This document shows positions 9,987-20,680 of a stretch of DNA of 64,000 nucleotides, piece after piece. The notes under the pieces are model-generated. The model searched no databases. It saw only the letters and a list, made by a program, of their open reading frames with translations, and had not been told where the DNA came from. Position 1 is the stretch's first letter, and every line of letters begins with the position of its first letter. Origin of the DNA: Vulcanimicrobiaceae bacterium (GTDB taxonomy: Bacteria > Acidobacteriota > Terriglobia > Acidiferrales > UBA7541); NCBI GenBank assembly GCA_035504455.1, contig DATJRU010000158.1, positions 5,600 through 69,599 on the forward strand. Direction: 5' to 3'. Both the position numbers and the translations under genes were made by a program.

Positions 9987-11039
9987 ATGTTCAATCTGGG
10001 GAAAACGAAGTCGCTAATCGGCCTGGATATCGGATCGAGTTCCGTAAAGGCCGTCGAGCTGAAAAAAGCGAAAGACGGTTACGAGCTGGTCAGTTTCGGT
10101 CTTGAACCCTTGGCACAAGACACGGTCGTGGACGGCGCCATCATGGACGCCCCGTCGGTCGCCGAGAAGATCATCTCCATCTTCGACACGCAGAAGATCA
10201 AGACCAAGGACGTAGCCACTTCCGTTTCGGGGCACTCGGTGATCGTCAAGCGGGTCAGCATGCCGCTGATGACCGAGGAAGAGCTCTACGACCGGATCCA
10301 AGCGGAAGCGAGCCAGCACATTCCCTTCGACATCGCCGACGTCAACCTGAGCTATCAGCTTCTCGAGGCGACCGAGAACCAGATGGATGTCCTGCTGGTC
10401 GCCGTGAAGAAAGACAAGATTCTGAATCACACGAACGTCCTGGCTCAGGCTGGGAAGACGCCGGTCGTGGTCGACATCGACGCCTTCGCCCTTCAAAACG
10501 CCTTCGAGGTGAACTACGAGCCCGATCCCTCGCAGGTGGTGGCGCTTCTGAACGTGGGCGCGAGCGTGATGAACATCAATATCATCCGCGGCTGGACGCC
10601 CCTCTTCACGCGCGACGTATCGGTGGGCGGCAATCAGTACACCGACGCCCTGCAGAAAGAGCTGGACCTCAGCTTCGAGGACGCCGAGAAGCTCAAGATG
10701 GGCGGCACGCACGCGGGTGTGAGCGAGGATCAGCGGACCTCGATTCTGCGCTCCGTCTCCGACATCTTGATTCTCGAAATTCAGAAGACGTTCGACTTCT
10801 TCCGCGCGACGGCCAGCGGCGAGAATATCCGCCGCATCGTAGTCGCCGGAGGAACGGCGCGAGTGCCCGGCCTGCTCGACCTGCTGAAGGAAGAGTTCGC
10901 GATGCCGGTCGAGGAACTGTATCCCTTCCGAAAAGTCAGCATCAATCCCGCGCGTCACGATGAGAACCAGCTTCGCGAGTTGGCCCCGCGCCTGGCCATC
11001 GCGATGGGTTTGGCGCTGAGGAGTTTTGACACGCCATGA
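9987..11039 (+). CDS. pilM: type IV pilus assembly ATPase-like protein PilM
   Basis: From ORF 9972..11039. Start at MFNLGKTKSLIGLDIGSSSVKAVEL, the actin-like fold signature of PilM. First gene of the pilMNOPQ order. Confidence 0.9.
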   Translation: MFNLGKTKSLIGLDIGSSSVKAVELKKAKDGYELVSFGLEPLAQDTVVDGAIMDAPSVAEKIISIFDTQKIKTKDVATSVSGHSVIVKRVSMPLMTEEELYDRIQAEASQHIPFDIADVNLSYQLLEATENQMDVLLVAVKKDKILNHTNVLAQAGKTPVVVDIDAFALQNAFEVNYEPDPSQVVALLNVGASVMNINIIRGWTPLFTRDVSVGGNQYTDALQKELDLSFEDAEKLKMGGTHAGVSEDQRTSILRSVSDILILEIQKTFDFFRATASGENIRRIVVAGGTARVPGLLDLLKEEFAMPVEELYPFRKVSINPARHDENQLRELAPRLAIAMGLALRSFDTP

Positions 11040-11674
11040 TCCGGATCAACTTACTAGGTCAGGTTCGTCCCAAGGCCGCCAAGCAGACGGTTCCGCTCGA
11101 GGCGACCGTACAGATCATCCTTTTCGGCGCGGCCGTCGCTGTGGCGGCGATTGTGCTTTTCATCGTTTACATGTCGCAGAACAAGCAGCTCGAACAGACC
11201 AACGCCCGCATCCGCGACCTGGAATCCGAGAAGGCCAGCTTGCAGCAGATCAAGGCGCAGGTCGACGCCTTCGAGAGCCAGAAGGCCATTCTGCAGCAGC
11301 GCATCGACGTGATCGAAACGCTGCAGAAGAATCGCAGCGGCGCTCAGGATTTGCTTCAGATGGTTGCGAATACCGTGGTCCGCGTGGATGCGCTCTGGCT
11401 GACCTCGATCAACCGGACGGGCGATTCGCTCGACATCGAGGGTGAGGCCGGATCGATCAACGCCGTGGCGAACTTCATTACCGAGCTGAAGCGAAGCGGC
11501 TACTTCACCAACGTCGAGATCAAGAACGCGAAGGAAAACGACATTCGTCCGGCGGTCGAAACATACCAGTTTTCGATGTCCGTCTCGATCGCGCCGCAAA
11601 GCACCACGCCCACAACTCAAGCAACGGGAGCTACGCAGCCGCCGCCCCCGCCCGCGCCCAAGGGAAGGAGCTAG
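11036..11674 (+). CDS. pilN: type IV pilus assembly protein PilN
   Basis: MIRINLL start, a single TM and a coiled coil. The ATGA overlap with the pilM stop indicates coupling. Confidence 0.85.
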   Translation: MIRINLLGQVRPKAAKQTVPLEATVQIILFGAAVAVAAIVLFIVYMSQNKQLEQTNARIRDLESEKASLQQIKAQVDAFESQKAILQQRIDVIETLQKNRSGAQDLLQMVANTVVRVDALWLTSINRTGDSLDIEGEAGSINAVANFITELKRSGYFTNVEIKNAKENDIRPAVETYQFSMSVSIAPQSTTPTTQATGATQPPPPPAPKGRS

Positions 11675-11677
11675 TCC

Positions 11678-12313
11678 ATGGCAACGAGTTTCCGAGACTG
11701 GCCCTGGCCTCTGCAAGCCCTTGCGTCCGTGGCGCTCGCAGTCGTGTTGATCCTGGCGGGACTTTATATTCCCGGTCTGCCGCTCGCGAATGTTCGCGAT
11801 CAGCTCGAGGCGGCTCAGGCCAAGCTCAAGCCTCTTGAAAGCGAAGTCGAGAGCCTTCGCGTTTACAAGCAGCGCAGGGCCGAACTGCAAACCGAGATGG
11901 ACGCGCTTCAGAAGCAGCTTGCAACGCTGCAGACGATCGTCCCCGAAGACAAGCAGACGGACGAGTTCATCCTGATGGTGCAGCGCGCGGCTTTGAGTTC
12001 GGGCGTTTCGATTCGGGCGCTGACGGCGCAGCCGGTGGCGCAGAAGCCGTACTACTTCGAGATGCCGTTCGTAGTCGAAGCGGACGGCCCCTACTACTCG
12101 GTGCTCGATTTCTTCTCCAAGCTGGGGCGCCTCTCGCGAATCATCAACGTGGGCGACCTGAAACTCACGGCGATCGGAGAGAACAACAGCGGGAACACCA
12201 GGTTCCGTGTTGTGCCCGGCACGTCGGTATCGGGGTCGTTCACGATCACGACATTCTTCACCAACTCCGCTCAAGCGGCTCCGGCGGCGAAGAGTACTTC
12301 GGCAAGGCGATAG
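11678..12313 (+). CDS. pilO: type IV pilus assembly protein PilO
   Basis: 211 aa. N-terminal TM, coiled coil and ferredoxin-like C-terminus. Positioned between pilN and pilP. Confidence 0.8.
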   Translation: MATSFRDWPWPLQALASVALAVVLILAGLYIPGLPLANVRDQLEAAQAKLKPLESEVESLRVYKQRRAELQTEMDALQKQLATLQTIVPEDKQTDEFILMVQRAALSSGVSIRALTAQPVAQKPYYFEMPFVVEADGPYYSVLDFFSKLGRLSRIINVGDLKLTAIGENNSGNTRFRVVPGTSVSGSFTITTFFTNSAQAAPAAKSTSARR

Positions 12314-12323
12314 GGCGGGAACG

Positions 12324-12881
12324 ATGAGACTTGCAAAGGCAACCGCGAACCTGATGGCAGTGCTGGCAGTTTCCTTGTGCCTGGGCTCCGGCGTATGGGC
12401 GCAAGGCAAGCCGGCAAAGAAAGCGAAGGCAGGCCACAAGGGGGGCGGGGCGGCGGCTGCAAAGCCGGCGGCTCCTCCGCCAGCGGCAGCGCCTGCGCCC
12501 GCTGCTCCGGACGCTTCGGCGCCGGATGGTGACAAGGACAAGATTGCGGCTGTCGGCAAGCGCGACCCGTTTGTCCCGCTCGTGACGGATAAGAAGGACA
12601 CGGGCGCGGAGCACCTGCCGCCAGGCAAGGCTGGAATTGTGATCGCCTCGGTGCGAGTCGACGGAACCGTGAAGTCCGGCAACGGAATGATTGCAGTGGT
12701 TTCGAACCCCGACCAGCGCGTTTATTTCATCCGCGAGGGGGATCAGCTGTACGACGGCGATGTGGAGAAGATCAGTTTGGACGGCGTCACCTTCAAGGAA
12801 AATTCCAAAGATGCATTCGGCAAGCCGGTCGAACGAATCGTGACGAAGCGAATCTTCGCGAGTGCAGGAGAGCAGCAATGA
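12324..12881 (+). CDS. pilP: PilP-like pilus assembly lipoprotein
   Basis: From ORF 12207..12881. The Met at 12324 gives MRLAKATANLMAVLAVSLCLGSG (lipobox-like). An Ala/Pro-rich linker is followed by RDPFVPLV and a beta domain. The call rests on position and motifs. Confidence 0.7.
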   Translation: MRLAKATANLMAVLAVSLCLGSGVWAQGKPAKKAKAGHKGGGAAAAKPAAPPPAAAPAPAAPDASAPDGDKDKIAAVGKRDPFVPLVTDKKDTGAEHLPPGKAGIVIASVRVDGTVKSGNGMIAVVSNPDQRVYFIREGDQLYDGDVEKISLDGVTFKENSKDAFGKPVERIVTKRIFASAGEQQ

Positions 12882-15262
12882 GGATCATGTGGCGGGGATG
12901 GGGGCTCGGTGCGCTAATCGCGGCCGGTCTAGTTCTTTCGAATGGAATGCCGGCCGTGGCAGCAGACGCGCCGGTGGTCCACGTGAAGGCGGAGGTGAAG
13001 GACGGCGCCGTGAGCTTGCAAGCCGAAGCCAACGGGCCGTTCGAGTACACCACCTATCGCCCGAGCGCGAGCCTCTATGTGCTCGACCTCAGCGGTGTGT
13101 CCGCTGGAGACTCGGCGGGCGCGCGCGTCGTGCCTTCCGATCTCGTGAAGAGCTATCGCGTGACGACCTATACGGCGGGCACGAAGCCGGTCGTCCGCGT
13201 GGAAGTTCTGATGGCGCAGGGACTCGATCCGCAAATCGAGCGCAAAGATGCGCAGGATCTCACGCTCCTCGTGGCGGGCACTCCCAGCGCCGCGCGCCCC
13301 GCGGCTGCCCCGGCTCCGGCTTCAGCGCCGACGATCGCACCCATCGCGGCCAGGGCCGTTAGCCCCGCGCCTGCTCCTGAGGCGTCTCCTTCGATTCGCC
13401 AGATTCACCTGACCCAGGATGCCGGCCGCACCGAAGTGAATATTTCCGGATCGGGCTCGCTCACGTACCATGCGATGCGGCTGCACAATCCCGACAGGCT
13501 CGTTCTGGATTTTGCCGGAGCGCGTCTGAAGACTTCCGAAAATCACCTGGCGAGCAATCTGGACCCGGTTCGCGAGATTCGTCTCGCGCAGTTCACGCCC
13601 GAGGTTTCGCGCGTTGTGATCGACCTTCGGCAACCGGTTGGCTACGAAATCACGCGCAACGGCGACACCGTAAGCGTGTCCTTTGCATCGGCGAATGTTT
13701 CTTCTAACCCGGGATCGAACTCATCGGAACAGCCCGCGGGCGTCGTCACCACGAAAGCAGCGCCAGCGGTGCCTGTTTCGGAGCCCCGAGAGGTTTCGGC
13801 TGCAAAGCCTGCGGACGTTCCGTCGCCCGCAACCGCTTTGCCGGTTTCCCTGACAGCGCCTTCGGCTGCATTGGCCACACCGACTACCGAATCGTTTCCA
13901 GCGCCGGCAGCCCGTCCGGCTTCCACCACTCCGGCAGCCGGCCCGGCGGCTCCAGATGCCGCACAGGGACCCACCGCGACGGCCAAGTTCTCGGGTGAGC
14001 CCATTTCCGTCAACTTGAAGGACGTCGACTTGCGCGATTTCTTCCGCCTGATCCACGAGATCAGCGGCTTGAACGTAGTCCTCGATCCCAACGTGAAGGG
14101 CACTCTCACGATCGTGCTCGATGATGTGCCATGGGATCAGGCGCTCGATATCGTCCTCAAGAACAACGACCTCGATAAGCAGCTCGACGGCAATGTGCTG
14201 CGCATCGCCACAAAGGCGACTTTGCAGAAAGAGGCGGAAGAAAGCCGCGATCTCGCTAAGGCCCAGGCCGAAGCCGCGGACGTGGTGACGACGACCCGCG
14301 TGCTGAGCTACGCCAAGGCGACCGATCTTTCGACCACTCTCAAGAAGTTCCTTTCGTCGCGCGGCGACATCATCGCCGACGATCGTTCCAACACGCTCAT
14401 CATTCGCGATATTCCGAGCACCCTTCCGGTGCTCGACAACCTGATTCGCCAGCTCGACCGCAAATCGCAGCAGGTGGAGATCGAAGCCCGCGTCGTCGAA
14501 GCGAGCCGTTCCTTCTCGCGCGAGATCGGCAGCCAGTTCGGAATCTCCGCGGCCGGCGGCAATCCGGTGAGCTTCTTGAGCGGCGCAAGTTCGGTGGGAA
14601 CCAGCCCGATCATCCACTTCCCCCCGATTCCGCCGGTGATTGTGTCCACCGGAAGTTCCGGGACCACAACGCCGACTTCGGGTTCGATTCCTCTGAACTC
14701 GAATTTGCCCGCGGCCACGCCGACCAGCGGCTTCTCGTACTCCTTCGGCACGAACAATTTCGCGCTCGACTTGATCATCACGGCCGCCGAAGAGAAGGGC
14801 GTCGGCAAGTTGCTCTCAAAGCCCAAAGTCATCACGCAGAACAACGAGAAGGCGACCGTGAAACAGGGAACCAAGATTCCCGTTCAGACGATCGTCAACA
14901 ACACGGTATCGGTTCAATTCGTGGACGCCGTGCTCGAACTCGACGTCACCCCTCAGATCACGTCTGAGGGCACGGTTTACATGGATGTGACGGTCGAGAA
15001 CGACCAGATCGACCAGTCGATTCCGCGTGTTGAGGGCATTCCCGCTATCGATACGCAGTCGGCCGAGACTAAGGTGACCGTCAACGACGGCGCAACGGTC
15101 GTGATCGGCGGCATCATCGTCACCACTCAGAGGACGGATATTCAGCAGGTTCCGCTGTTCGGGAGCGTGCCGGTCCTCGGAAACCTCTTCAAGCACACGA
15201 CGGTTAGCTCCACGTCTTCGGAGCTGCTGTTCTTCCTGACGCCTCGGATTCTCCCGAGCTAA
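12878..15262 (+). CDS. pilQ: type IV pilus secretin PilQ with N-terminal AMIN domains
   Basis: 794 aa. ATGA overlap with pilP. The C-terminal secretin block reads KLLSKPKVITQNNEKATVKQG...VPLFGSVPVLGNLFK. Confidence 0.9.
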   Translation: MRIMWRGWGLGALIAAGLVLSNGMPAVAADAPVVHVKAEVKDGAVSLQAEANGPFEYTTYRPSASLYVLDLSGVSAGDSAGARVVPSDLVKSYRVTTYTAGTKPVVRVEVLMAQGLDPQIERKDAQDLTLLVAGTPSAARPAAAPAPASAPTIAPIAARAVSPAPAPEASPSIRQIHLTQDAGRTEVNISGSGSLTYHAMRLHNPDRLVLDFAGARLKTSENHLASNLDPVREIRLAQFTPEVSRVVIDLRQPVGYEITRNGDTVSVSFASANVSSNPGSNSSEQPAGVVTTKAAPAVPVSEPREVSAAKPADVPSPATALPVSLTAPSAALATPTTESFPAPAARPASTTPAAGPAAPDAAQGPTATAKFSGEPISVNLKDVDLRDFFRLIHEISGLNVVLDPNVKGTLTIVLDDVPWDQALDIVLKNNDLDKQLDGNVLRIATKATLQKEAEESRDLAKAQAEAADVVTTTRVLSYAKATDLSTTLKKFLSSRGDIIADDRSNTLIIRDIPSTLPVLDNLIRQLDRKSQQVEIEARVVEASRSFSREIGSQFGISAAGGNPVSFLSGASSVGTSPIIHFPPIPPVIVSTGSSGTTTPTSGSIPLNSNLPAATPTSGFSYSFGTNNFALDLIITAAEEKGVGKLLSKPKVITQNNEKATVKQGTKIPVQTIVNNTVSVQFVDAVLELDVTPQITSEGTVYMDVTVENDQIDQSIPRVEGIPAIDTQSAETKVTVNDGATVVIGGIIVTTQRTDIQQVPLFGSVPVLGNLFKHTTVSSTSSELLFFLTPRILPS

Positions 15263-15301
15263 GCTCGGTCGGGAAATTCGAGAGGAGATCGGCTGCCTGA
15301 C

Positions 15302-16417
15302 GTGGCCGCGAAATCGGCAAAGCAGAGTTCCGGCCGGAGCGGGTTCGACGCACGAATGAACCGGCTCCGGCTTTCTTTTTCCGGAATCGGCGTCGACTCG
15401 TTTCTCGTCTCCCACCTGCCCAACATCCAGTATCTCTGCGGGTTCACCGGTAGCGCCGGGCTGCTCCTCGTGGGCGACTCGCAAGCGACCCTCTTTACCG
15501 ACAGCCGCTATACCTTCCAGGCCCGGCAGGAAGTGTTCGGCGCGCGCGTCTACATCGCGAAGCAGGGCCTTCTGCGGGCCTTGGGCGACGCACTGAGGGC
15601 GGGGCGACGGCGGCACGCCGTGGCCTACGAGACCGGCCACATGACCGTCGCGCAGAAACAGGCGATCGACGCGATCGTCCGCGGAAGGGTGCGTTGGGCC
15701 AACGGTGAAAGCGCTGTAGAGAAACTCCGCGCCATCAAGGATGAGGGTGAACTCGCGCGCATGCGTTCCGCAGCGCAGCTCATCAGCGACGTCTTCTGCA
15801 AGGCGCTTCCCAAGATCCGCGCGGGCGTGTCCGAACTCGACCTCGCGGCCGAGATCGAATACGGCATCAAGCGCGCGGGAGGCTCCGGCACATCGTTTGA
15901 GACGATCGTCGCCTCCGGTCCGCGCTCGGCATGGGCCCATGCGCGGCCCACCGCGAAGCTGCTTGGCAAAAGCGAATTGGTCGTCCTCGACCAGGGTGCT
16001 ATACTGCGAAATTACTGCAGCGATATGACGCGCACCGTCTTCGTGGGGCGCGCGTCCAGTCGCGTCAGGCGAATGTATCAGGCGGTCTTGCAAGCCCAGG
16101 AAGCGGCCAAGCAGGCGATTCGACCGGGTGTCAAGGCAGGGGACGTGGATCGCGCGGCCCGCCAGACCCTGAAGAAATTCGACTTGGATCGCTACTTCAC
16201 GCACAGCACAGGCCATGGACTCGGCATCGAAGTGCACGAGATGCCTCGCCTCGGCAAGGGCGAAGAGACGGTGCTTCAGGAAGGAATGGTTGTGACAGTC
16301 GAGCCGGGCGTTTATTTGGAAGGGAATGGCGGTATCCGCATCGAAGACGACGTGGTCGTCACGGCCCAGGGCGCCGTGGATCTGACCACGGCTCCGCGGG
16401 ATTTCCTCGAACTCTAA
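15302..16417 (+). CDS. M24-family Xaa-Pro aminopeptidase
   Basis: Creatinase-like N-domain plus pita-bread domain, with HSTGHGLGIEVHE and GGIRIEDDVVVT. The start may instead be the Met at 15356 (MNRLRLSF). Confidence 0.85.
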   Translation: MAAKSAKQSSGRSGFDARMNRLRLSFSGIGVDSFLVSHLPNIQYLCGFTGSAGLLLVGDSQATLFTDSRYTFQARQEVFGARVYIAKQGLLRALGDALRAGRRRHAVAYETGHMTVAQKQAIDAIVRGRVRWANGESAVEKLRAIKDEGELARMRSAAQLISDVFCKALPKIRAGVSELDLAAEIEYGIKRAGGSGTSFETIVASGPRSAWAHARPTAKLLGKSELVVLDQGAILRNYCSDMTRTVFVGRASSRVRRMYQAVLQAQEAAKQAIRPGVKAGDVDRAARQTLKKFDLDRYFTHSTGHGLGIEVHEMPRLGKGEETVLQEGMVVTVEPGVYLEGNGGIRIEDDVVVTAQGAVDLTTAPRDFLEL

Positions 16418-16951
16418 ATGGCGAAAAAATCGAAATCTCAGCCCGGCTCGGGTGCGCACTCTGAGGGCGTCGACCTGAGCGAACTCAAGCGGCTTCTCGC
16501 GTTCATGGAAGAAAGCGGACTCGAGGAGTTTGAATACGAGCGCGAGGGGCTGCACATCCGCCTCAAGAAGGCCTCCGCGAGGCCTGCAGCCGCGCCGGTT
16601 GCCGCTGCAGCGCCATTGGAAGCGGCTGCGAGCGCCCCGCCGCCCGCGCCTGCGCCCGTGGTCGCCCACGAAGCGCCGAAGCCGGCTGCCGCCGCGGCGA
16701 ACGTGCATCTGGTGAAATCCCCGATCGTGGGAACCTTTTACGCCGCGCCCAGCCCGGAGGCGGATGCTTTCGTTTCGGTGGGAACGCGCGTGGAAGCGGG
16801 CCAGACGCTTTGCATCATCGAAGCTATGAAGCTCATGAACGAGATCGAATCCGACGTCGCGGGCGAAGTCGTCCAGATTCTGGTCGAAAACGGTCACCCG
16901 GTCGAATACGGCGAGGCGCTCTTCGGCATTCGCACGCAGGGCAAGAAATAG
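16418..16951 (+). CDS. accB: acetyl-CoA carboxylase biotin carboxyl carrier protein
   Basis: Ala/Pro linker and biotinyl domain with [15 protein letters not shown]. Sits immediately upstream of accC. Confidence 0.9.
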   Translation: MAKKSKSQPGSGAHSEGVDLSELKRLLAFMEESGLEEFEYEREGLHIRLKKASARPAAAPVAAAAPLEAAASAPPPAPAPVVAHEAPKPAAAAANVHLVKSPIVGTFYAAPSPEADAFVSVGTRVEAGQTLCIIEAMKLMNEIESDVAGEVVQILVENGHPVEYGEALFGIRTQGKK

Positions 16952-17007
16952 CCGGCTCAACGCGGCGAGCTGAAGGCGGCCCGCCGGTCAGTTCCCGCAC
17001 CTGACAC

Positions 17008-18357
<1,350 letters not shown>

Positions 18358-18358
18358 C

Positions 18359-19003
18359 TTGGGTGAGCGATTGTTCCCGCCGCTCTACGCCATCCTCGAT
18401 CCCTCTTTCACGCCAATGCCGCCGGTCGAATTCGCCGGCAAGCTCGCCGATGCCGGAGTCGAGCTGATTCAACTGCGCGACAAGCGTGGGACAGCGCGAA
18501 AGATCCACGCGGAGGCCACTGAGCTCGTCGGCCAACTCTCCGCAAAAGGCATCCGCGTGATCGTCAACGATCGCCCGGACATCGCCGCGATGGTCGGCGC
18601 GGGTGGCGTTCATGTCGGCCAGGAAGACTTGCCGGTGGAAGACGCTCGCCGCATCTGTGGACCCTCGCGCTGGGTGGGGATTTCGACACACAATCTCGAT
18701 CAATTTCGCGAAGCCATAGCCACTTCGGCGGATTATATTGCCGTGGGGCCCATCTTCCCGACGGCCGCAAAAGAGAATCCGGATCCCGTCGTAGGAATCG
18801 ATTTCGTGCGTGCCGTGCGCCGTTTGACGCCCAAGCCGATCGTGGCAATCGGCGGCATCACGGTCGAGTCCGCCGCGGATGTTTTTCGCGCGGGCGCCGA
18901 CTCGGTTGCCGTGATCCGAGATCTGCTGTCGGCTCACGATCCCGCAGCCCGCGCTAGCGCGTATCTCGAAATCGCGCGGCGCATCCGTCGGCAAGGCTCG
19001 TGA
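18359..19003 (+). CDS. thiE: thiamine-phosphate synthase
   Basis: 214 aa TIM-barrel protein with LYAILD, IQLRDK, VHVGQEDL and IAIGGI motifs. TTG start 1 nt after the accC stop. Confidence 0.85.
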   Translation: MGERLFPPLYAILDPSFTPMPPVEFAGKLADAGVELIQLRDKRGTARKIHAEATELVGQLSAKGIRVIVNDRPDIAAMVGAGGVHVGQEDLPVEDARRICGPSRWVGISTHNLDQFREAIATSADYIAVGPIFPTAAKENPDPVVGIDFVRAVRRLTPKPIVAIGGITVESAADVFRAGADSVAVIRDLLSAHDPAARASAYLEIARRIRRQGS

Positions 19004-19049
19004 CGCAGAGGGAAGGGAAGGCCGCTCGGGGCGCGAATACCCAAGTGTA

Positions 19050-20591
19050 ATGGCGACTCAGCCGCACACACCTGATACGGCAAACGCTCGGCCTTCCGCC
19101 GAGCTCGTCAAAGGCCTCGGCCTTTTCGACTCGACCATGATCGTCATGGGGTCGATGATCGGCTCGGGCGTTTTCATCGTCTCCGCGGACATCGCTCACC
19201 AGGTACAGAGCCCCGGCCTGCTGCTTGCCGTCTGGCTGGCGTCGGGCGTCATGACGCTCATCGCCGCCCTCAGCTACGGCGAGCTGGCCGGCGCGATGCC
19301 TCACGCGGGCGGCCAATACGTCTACCTGCGCGAATCGCTCGGCGAAATCTGGGGCTTCCTCTATGGCTGGACGATGCTGCTCGTGATCCAGACCGCCACG
19401 ATCGCCGCCGTCGCGATTGCCTTCGCGAAATTCACCGGCGTGCTCGCCCCGTGGTTTTCTCCCGAGCGATGGCTCTGGAAGATCGGCACCTTCGGACCTT
19501 GGCGCCTGTGGTTCGGAGAGCTTGGCCCGTACAACGTCGGCCTCAACAGGCAGAATTTCCTCGCGATTCTCTCGATCGTCTTGCTCACCTGGATCAACAC
19601 GCGCGGCCTGCGGCTCGGCAAGATCGTGCAGAACATTTTCACGGTGACCAAAACCGGCGCGCTAGCCGTGCTGGTAATCCTCGGTTTTTGGTTCACGACC
19701 GTCGTCGCCCGCGCGGCGAATTTCACGAATTTCTGGCGCAACGCCGGTTGGCACACGCTGCACTCGTATCCGCCGGATAATCCCACGTGGATGGTCACCA
19801 CCGTCACGCTCATGGGCGTCGCCATGGTCGGATCGCTCTTCTCGATGGACGCCTGGAACAACGTCACCTTCACCGCCGCGGAAGTGAAGAATCCCGGACG
19901 CAATCTCCCGCTTTCTTTGGCGCTCGGGACCGGCTTCGTGGTGTTGCTCTACACGCTCGCGAACCTGGCTTACCTGCGCGTCCTGCCGATCACCGGCGAC
20001 CCCCACGGCGCGACGCCGCTCGCCCGCGGCATCGAGTTTGCCGCCGATGGGCGCGTCGCCACGGCGGTCACCCAGGTGATTTTCGGCCCGGCCGGCGCGA
20101 TCCTGATGGCCCTCGCCATCCTCATCTCGACCTTCGGCTGCAACAACGGCCTGATCCTCTCCGGCGCTCGCATTTACTATGCGATGTCCAAGGACGGCCT
20201 GTTTTTCCGGTCGGTCGGCACCGTGAATCGCCATCATGTGCCGGCGGTTGCCCTTGTCGTGCAGTGCGTTTGGGCTTCGATTCTGTGCCTCTCGGGGACT
20301 TACGGGCAGTTGCTCGACTTCCTGATCTTCGCCGAACTGATTTTCTATATCCTTACGCTGCTCGGCTTGTACGTCCTGCGCGCCAAGCGCCCCGACCTGC
20401 CGCGTCCTTACCGCGCCCTGGGCTATCCCGTCCTGCCGGCCCTCTATTTCGTGATGGCAATATTCCTAGAAATCCAACTCTTGCGCTATAAACCACAGTA
20501 CACTTGGCCGGGGCTGATTATCGTTCTGCTGGGGCTGCCCGTGTACGCCCTGTGGGCTCGGCTGGGCAGGCGGCCCGTCAAGTCGTCGTAG
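19050..20591 (+). CDS. APC-superfamily amino acid permease
   Basis: 513 aa, about 12 TM. GLFDSTMIVMGSMIGSGVF and LSYGELAGAMPHAGGQYVYL are typical APC signatures. Confidence 0.85.
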   Translation: MATQPHTPDTANARPSAELVKGLGLFDSTMIVMGSMIGSGVFIVSADIAHQVQSPGLLLAVWLASGVMTLIAALSYGELAGAMPHAGGQYVYLRESLGEIWGFLYGWTMLLVIQTATIAAVAIAFAKFTGVLAPWFSPERWLWKIGTFGPWRLWFGELGPYNVGLNRQNFLAILSIVLLTWINTRGLRLGKIVQNIFTVTKTGALAVLVILGFWFTTVVARAANFTNFWRNAGWHTLHSYPPDNPTWMVTTVTLMGVAMVGSLFSMDAWNNVTFTAAEVKNPGRNLPLSLALGTGFVVLLYTLANLAYLRVLPITGDPHGATPLARGIEFAADGRVATAVTQVIFGPAGAILMALAILISTFGCNNGLILSGARIYYAMSKDGLFFRSVGTVNRHHVPAVALVVQCVWASILCLSGTYGQLLDFLIFAELIFYILTLLGLYVLRAKRPDLPRPYRALGYPVLPALYFVMAIFLEIQLLRYKPQYTWPGLIIVLLGLPVYALWARLGRRPVKSS

Positions 20592-20680
20592 CGCAAGCCT
20601 GAAGAGCAAGGAACAATCTGGCGTCACAACGCGCGGACCCTTCGCGCGTCCGCGTCCGACTCTTGGGAGGAAAACCTCGA

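Noticed and set aside
14816-16960. Very long antisense or alternative-frame ORFs. Examples: 14816..16960 (-), 11054..12682 (-), 16957..18321 (-), 27289..29274 (-), 55934..57007 (-), 57652..58917 (+), 2351..3649 (-).
   Set aside because: They lie opposite or out of frame to genes with clear family signatures (pilQ/pepP, pilN-O, accC, the cyclase-like gene, portal). Their translations are Arg/Ala/Gly/Pro-rich low-complexity strings, typical of shadow ORFs in high-G+C DNA.
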